The notes under the pieces: model-generated | The model's input: only the letters and a program-made list of their open reading frames with translations | Database searches by the model: none | Told to the model about the DNA's origin: nothing | In this document: positions 60,839-64,000 of the stretch, in pieces | How the letters are laid out: every line of letters begins with the position of its first letter | How positions within the stretch are numbered: the first letter of the stretch is position 1 | Source of the DNA: Bacillota bacterium | GTDB lineage: Bacteria; Bacillota; Limnochordia; Darwinibacteriales; DTU012 | Reading direction: 5' to 3' | DNA: 64,000 bases | Assembly (NCBI GenBank): GCA_012520795.1 | Contig: JAAYNP010000031.1 | Location: forward strand, 30,771-94,770 | Position numbers and translations under genes: made by a program

Positions 60839-61830
60839 TTACTGTATCCCCCCCAGCGTAAAACCGCCGAACCCCAGGTCAATCCGGCACCAAACCCTAC
60901 CAGCAAGATCAGAGCGCCCTCTTCAGCCAAGCCAGCTTCGGCCAATTCCGCCAGGGCAATGGGCACACTCGCTGCAGAAGTGTTCCCGTAACGATCAACA
61001 TTGATATAGACTCTGCCCGGTTCAATGCCCAGACGCTGCGCCGCAGCCTCGATAATCCGCACATTGGCTTGGTGCGGTACGAACCAGCGGACAGCATCTG
61101 CAGTGATTCCAGCTTTGTTCAAAACGCGTTCTGCGGACTCGCAAACAATCCGCACCGCAAATTTGTACACTTCACGGCCATACATCCTCACGTAGTGCTG
61201 CTTGGCTTCGATGCTTGCGATTTGGGCCGGGATCCGGGACCCGCCGGCGGGAACATGCAGAAGCATTGCGCCGGACCCGTCCGCACCTATTTCCGAAGCC
61301 ACAAAGCCGTATTCCGGCTTCACAGGGCCCAAAACAACAGCACCCGCCCCATCACCGAAAAGAACACATGTGGAGCGATCTTCATAATCTATGAGCCGGC
61401 TGATGACATCAACACCAATCACCAACACTCTCTTGTATCCCAGCGCCATCATGGCCTGCCCGATTTCGATCCCGTACATAAACCCTGAACAGGCAGCGGA
61501 AACATCAAACGCTGCGGCATTCCGTGCGTTTAGTCTATCCTGAATTATGCACGCAGTTGCGGGAAACGGCATGTCCGGCGTAGTAGTGGCCACAATGATC
61601 AGATCGATTTCAGCTGCCGGCACCTTAGCATCGGCCAAAGCCTGCAGGGCAGCCGCGTAGCCTAGATCAGACGCGGCCGTCTCCGGCTCAGCGATGTAAC
61701 GCTGTTTGATGCCAGTCCGGGTTGTAATCCATTGATCGCTGGTATCTACCAAAGATTCCAGATCTTTGTTCGTCAATACTCTCCCGGGCACTGCCTTGCC
61801 TAATCCATAGATTCCCACATTGCTAGCCAC
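60835..61830 (-). CDS. fabH: 3-oxoacyl-ACP synthase III
   Basis: 331 aa KAS III with active-site Cys in the AACSGF context. Confidence 0.95.
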   Translation of the reverse strand: MASNVGIYGLGKAVPGRVLTNKDLESLVDTSDQWITTRTGIKQRYIAEPETAASDLGYAAALQALADAKVPAAEIDLIIVATTTPDMPFPATACIIQDRLNARNAAAFDVSAACSGFMYGIEIGQAMMALGYKRVLVIGVDVISRLIDYEDRSTCVLFGDGAGAVVLGPVKPEYGFVASEIGADGSGAMLLHVPAGGSRIPAQIASIEAKQHYVRMYGREVYKFAVRIVCESAERVLNKAGITADAVRWFVPHQANVRIIEAAAQRLGIEPGRVYINVDRYGNTSAASVPIALAELAEAGLAEEGALILLVGFGAGLTWGSAVLRWGGYSK

Positions 61831-62827
61831 TTATTTCACCTGCAATCAGTTCTGCTATTGATTCCACCACTTGGCTGGCAGCCGCTTCTCTGGCCACGCG
61901 AATGGCGTTGTGAATAGCCTTGGCGTTCGAACTTCCATGGGCAATAATTACAGTTCCCTTGACTCCCAGAAGCGGTGCCCCTCCATATTCTGCATAATCC
62001 ATTTTCTTTTTGATCTTGTCAAATCCTGGGCGCAATGCCAGGGCTGCCAGCTTACGCGGCCAAGATGCCGTCAGTTCCTGTTTTAACATTGTAAACAACC
62101 CGGTTCCCAGACCTTCCCCGAATTTGAGAACGATATTGCCTACGAATCCGTCGCAAACAACAACATCCACTGTTCCACCGGAGATATCTCTTCCTTCGAC
62201 GTTGCCGATGAAGTTGATCTTTGCGTTGCTCAAAAGTTGATAAGCTTTTTGGGCAGCATCATTGCCTTTTGACGGTTCTTCCCCGATATTCAGCAGCCCG
62301 ACTCGGGGATCCGGCCTACCCAGGACCCGCTCAGCATAGATGGACCCCATGTGAGCGAATTGAGCCAATTGACTGGGACGGCAGTCCACATTGGCGCCCA
62401 CGTCAACCATGAGACAGACTCCTTTGACAGTGGGCATCAGTGTGGTAATCGCTGGCCGTTCGATACCTTTAATTCTGCCGATTGTAAACAATGCGGAAGC
62501 CATACAAGCTCCCGTATTGCCTGCACTGACCATTCCCAAAGCCTTCCCTTCTTTGACAAGGCGGGCAGCCGCATTCAAGGAAGAGTCTTTCTTGGTCCGC
62601 ACCGCATCGATAGGCGCTTCTTCCATCCCAATCCGCTCAGGCGCATGGATAATCTCGATCAAATTGCTGCCCGGTTTACCGGCAATCATCGGTGCAAGAT
62701 CTTGTTGGTCACCTGTGAGGATTATCGGGATTTGATCCTCGCTTGCTGCCAAAAGACATCCGGCAACAATTTGCTCAGGGGCAAAATCTCCTCCGAAACC
62801 ATCGACTGCAATCTTAATGGGAATCAC
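61823..62827 (-). CDS. plsX: phosphate acyltransferase PlsX
   Basis: MIPIKIAVDGFGGDFAPEQIVAGC is the PlsX N-terminus; 334 aa. Confidence 0.95.
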   Translation of the reverse strand: MIPIKIAVDGFGGDFAPEQIVAGCLLAASEDQIPIILTGDQQDLAPMIAGKPGSNLIEIIHAPERIGMEEAPIDAVRTKKDSSLNAAARLVKEGKALGMVSAGNTGACMASALFTIGRIKGIERPAITTLMPTVKGVCLMVDVGANVDCRPSQLAQFAHMGSIYAERVLGRPDPRVGLLNIGEEPSKGNDAAQKAYQLLSNAKINFIGNVEGRDISGGTVDVVVCDGFVGNIVLKFGEGLGTGLFTMLKQELTASWPRKLAALALRPGFDKIKKKMDYAEYGGAPLLGVKGTVIIAHGSSNAKAIHNAIRVAREAAASQVVESIAELIAGEISG

Positions 62828-63384
62828 CCTCCTTTTTTGAGCGCAACAACCACAAACTCGCCTTCAAAGACCTTCATTTGGTCTACCCGGCTCTCAACTG
62901 TAATAGTATGGCGCGATCCTGTCTTGTCCTTCAGTATCGCCTTGGCGATGATCCGTTTGTTGCTTTTTACAGGATGGAGAAATCGAACTTTTGCGGAAGC
63001 CGTCAAGGCAATTTCTGCATCTACCAGCGCGACTGCCAGTGAGTTTGCTTGAGCAAACAAGTAATGGCCTCTAAGGACATCTGTGCGTTTAAAAGTCATC
63101 TCATTAGTGGTGGTCAATACAGACAGAGCTTCCTGCCCTATACTTAGGTCAATTAGCTCGCCAATCACCTCATGGCCTTCTAAGGCGCGCAGCTTCGCAT
63201 AGTTTTCTTCCGCCACAGCCTTAATCCGTTCCCGCAGCTCGGGAATACCAAGAGCCATCCGGTCCAAGCGTACAGTCGCTACACTGACCTGAAACCGCCG
63301 AGCAATCAGCCGGTCAGTGAGAAACGGTTCCTCATCGAGGAGGGCTTTGAGTTGTCTGCGCCGCTCTATACGCTTGGATGTCAT
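62824..63384 (-). CDS. fapR: fatty acid/phospholipid synthesis repressor FapR
   Basis: 186 aa with an N-terminal HTH (LTDRLIARRFQVSVATVRLD) and a C-terminal hot-dog thioesterase-like domain. It is the first gene of the fapR-plsX-fab operon. Confidence 0.9.
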   Translation of the reverse strand: MTSKRIERRRQLKALLDEEPFLTDRLIARRFQVSVATVRLDRMALGIPELRERIKAVAEENYAKLRALEGHEVIGELIDLSIGQEALSVLTTTNEMTFKRTDVLRGHYLFAQANSLAVALVDAEIALTASAKVRFLHPVKSNKRIIAKAILKDKTGSRHTITVESRVDQMKVFEGEFVVVALKKGG

Positions 63385-63399
63385 TCTTTTGACCTCCTA

Positions 63400-63416
63400 T
63401 TAACACCTGGTGTTAA
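63400..63416. promoter_or_regulatory. FapR operator: perfect 17-bp palindrome TTAACACCTGGTGTTAA
   Basis: It matches the B. subtilis FapR box pattern TTAGTACCTGGTACTAA (TTAnnACCTGGTnnTAA). It lies about 15 nt upstream of the fapR start and RBS (AGGAGG). Confidence 0.6.
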
Positions 63417-63456
63417 TATGATCTCAGTATAAGTGAACTTACAGTTTTTGTAAAGC

Positions 63457-63488
63457 AAAAAAAATGATAGAGAATTGCTCCCTATCAT
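63457..63488 (-). terminator. rho-independent terminator after rpmF (approx)
   Basis: On the minus strand a 7-8 bp stem (AATGATAG...CTATCAT) is followed by a T8 run, just downstream of the rpmF stop. Confidence 0.55.
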
Positions 63489-63502
63489 CATTGATGTACC
63501 GC

Positions 63503-63688
63503 CTATTCAGCTTTCTTCACTTCCATAACCTTACGACCCTTATAGTAACCGCACTTGGAACAGATTCGGTGCGGCAGTTTAGGTTCGTGGCACTGAGGAC
63601 ACTCCATCACGCTTGCCGCTTTCAGTTTCCAGTGTGTCCGCCGGCTCCGCCCTTTAGCTTTGGAAACTTTTCGCTTAGGCACGGCCAT
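63503..63688 (-). CDS. rpmF: 50S ribosomal protein L32
   Basis: MAVPKRKVSKAKGRSRRTHWK with a CxxC...CxxC zinc ribbon. I prefer the start at MAVPKR. Confidence 0.9.
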   Translation of the reverse strand: MAVPKRKVSKAKGRSRRTHWKLKAASVMECPQCHEPKLPHRICSKCGYYKGRKVMEVKKAE

Positions 63689-63723
63689 ATGCTTCATCCC
63701 CCTCTCATGCTGTCAATAATTGT

Positions 63724-64000
63724 TCATTGATCCTTTAGCAAATCAGCCAGCACCGCCAGGCGAGGATCTGGCTGAACTGGATCGCACTGACATCCCTTTT
63801 CATTTAACACCTGGCCACATGCAGGGCAAATTCCCTTGCAATCCGTACGGCAAACTGCCTTCATGGGTATCTCCAGGATCACTGATTCGGTAATCAACCC
63901 CGATATGTCCAGGTAATCTCCTTGGAATGTAGGCACTTCATCTTGTAATTGACTGGTTCCTTCGCCTTCAACTGTCTGCCCCTGCGGCAAATACTCATCG
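63724..64000 (-). CDS. yceD: YceD/DUF177 family protein (23S rRNA accumulation), N-terminus beyond window end
   Basis: The C-terminal CxxC...CxxC region (CKGICPACGQVLNEKGCQC) and the position upstream of rpmF fit YceD. It is partial at the window edge. Confidence 0.7.
   Translation of the reverse strand, partial: DEYLPQGQTVEGEGTSQLQDEVPTFQGDYLDISGLITESVILEIPMKAVCRTDCKGICPACGQVLNEKGCQCDPVQPDPRLAVLADLLKDQ

Noticed and set aside
62351-63052. 233-aa plus-strand ORF antisense to plsX/fapR
   Set aside because: It lies entirely inside well-conserved minus-strand genes and its translation is low-complexity. Long antisense ORFs are expected at about 50% GC. Similar cases at 45945..46466, 37964..38536, 27647..28168, 19078..19608, 19624..20151 and 9530..10045 were rejected for the same reason.

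Overview
This window is a 64 kb chromosomal core segment from an endospore-forming Firmicute, most likely a clostridial lineage, with a GC content near 50% by eye. About 85 genes are co-oriented on the minus strand; only three real plus-strand genes are present. I see no rRNA, tRNA, CRISPR array or transposon. The order, reading from high to low coordinates, is as follows. First come partial yceD and rpmF. Next is the FapR-regulated lipid operon fapR-plsX-fabH-fabD-fabG-acpP-fabF, followed by rnc. A two-gene insertion follows, carrying a SigH-like sigma factor and a divergently transcribed LexA-fold HTH protein. Then come smc-ftsY, ylxM-ffh-rpsP-ylqC-rimM-trmD-rplS, lepB-rbgA-rnhB-yraN, and a variable block. 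That block holds an HD-GYP protein, a DacF-like carboxypeptidase, a SleB-like hydrolase, two Lrp regulators, an inverted comM and a zinc-ribbon ORF. After it come dprA-topA-xerC-hslVU-codY. A large fla operon follows: flgB through fliK, flgD, flgE, motAB, fliL, a single FliN/FliY-type switch gene, fliOPQR, flhBA, a frameshift-split flhF, flhG, a PilZ brake gene and sigD, plus two small coupled ORFs. The window ends with rpsB-tsf-pyrH-frr-uppS-cdsA, a YtvI-like transporter, dxr-rseP and partial ispG. The most notable points are the broken flhF, the reduced switch complex, the uncharacterised sigD-tail ORFs and the sigma/LexA-like insertion. The window is otherwise ordinary housekeeping DNA. Motif coordinates read from the text are approximate (a few nt). 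ORF coordinates follow the supplied track unless a better start is argued.
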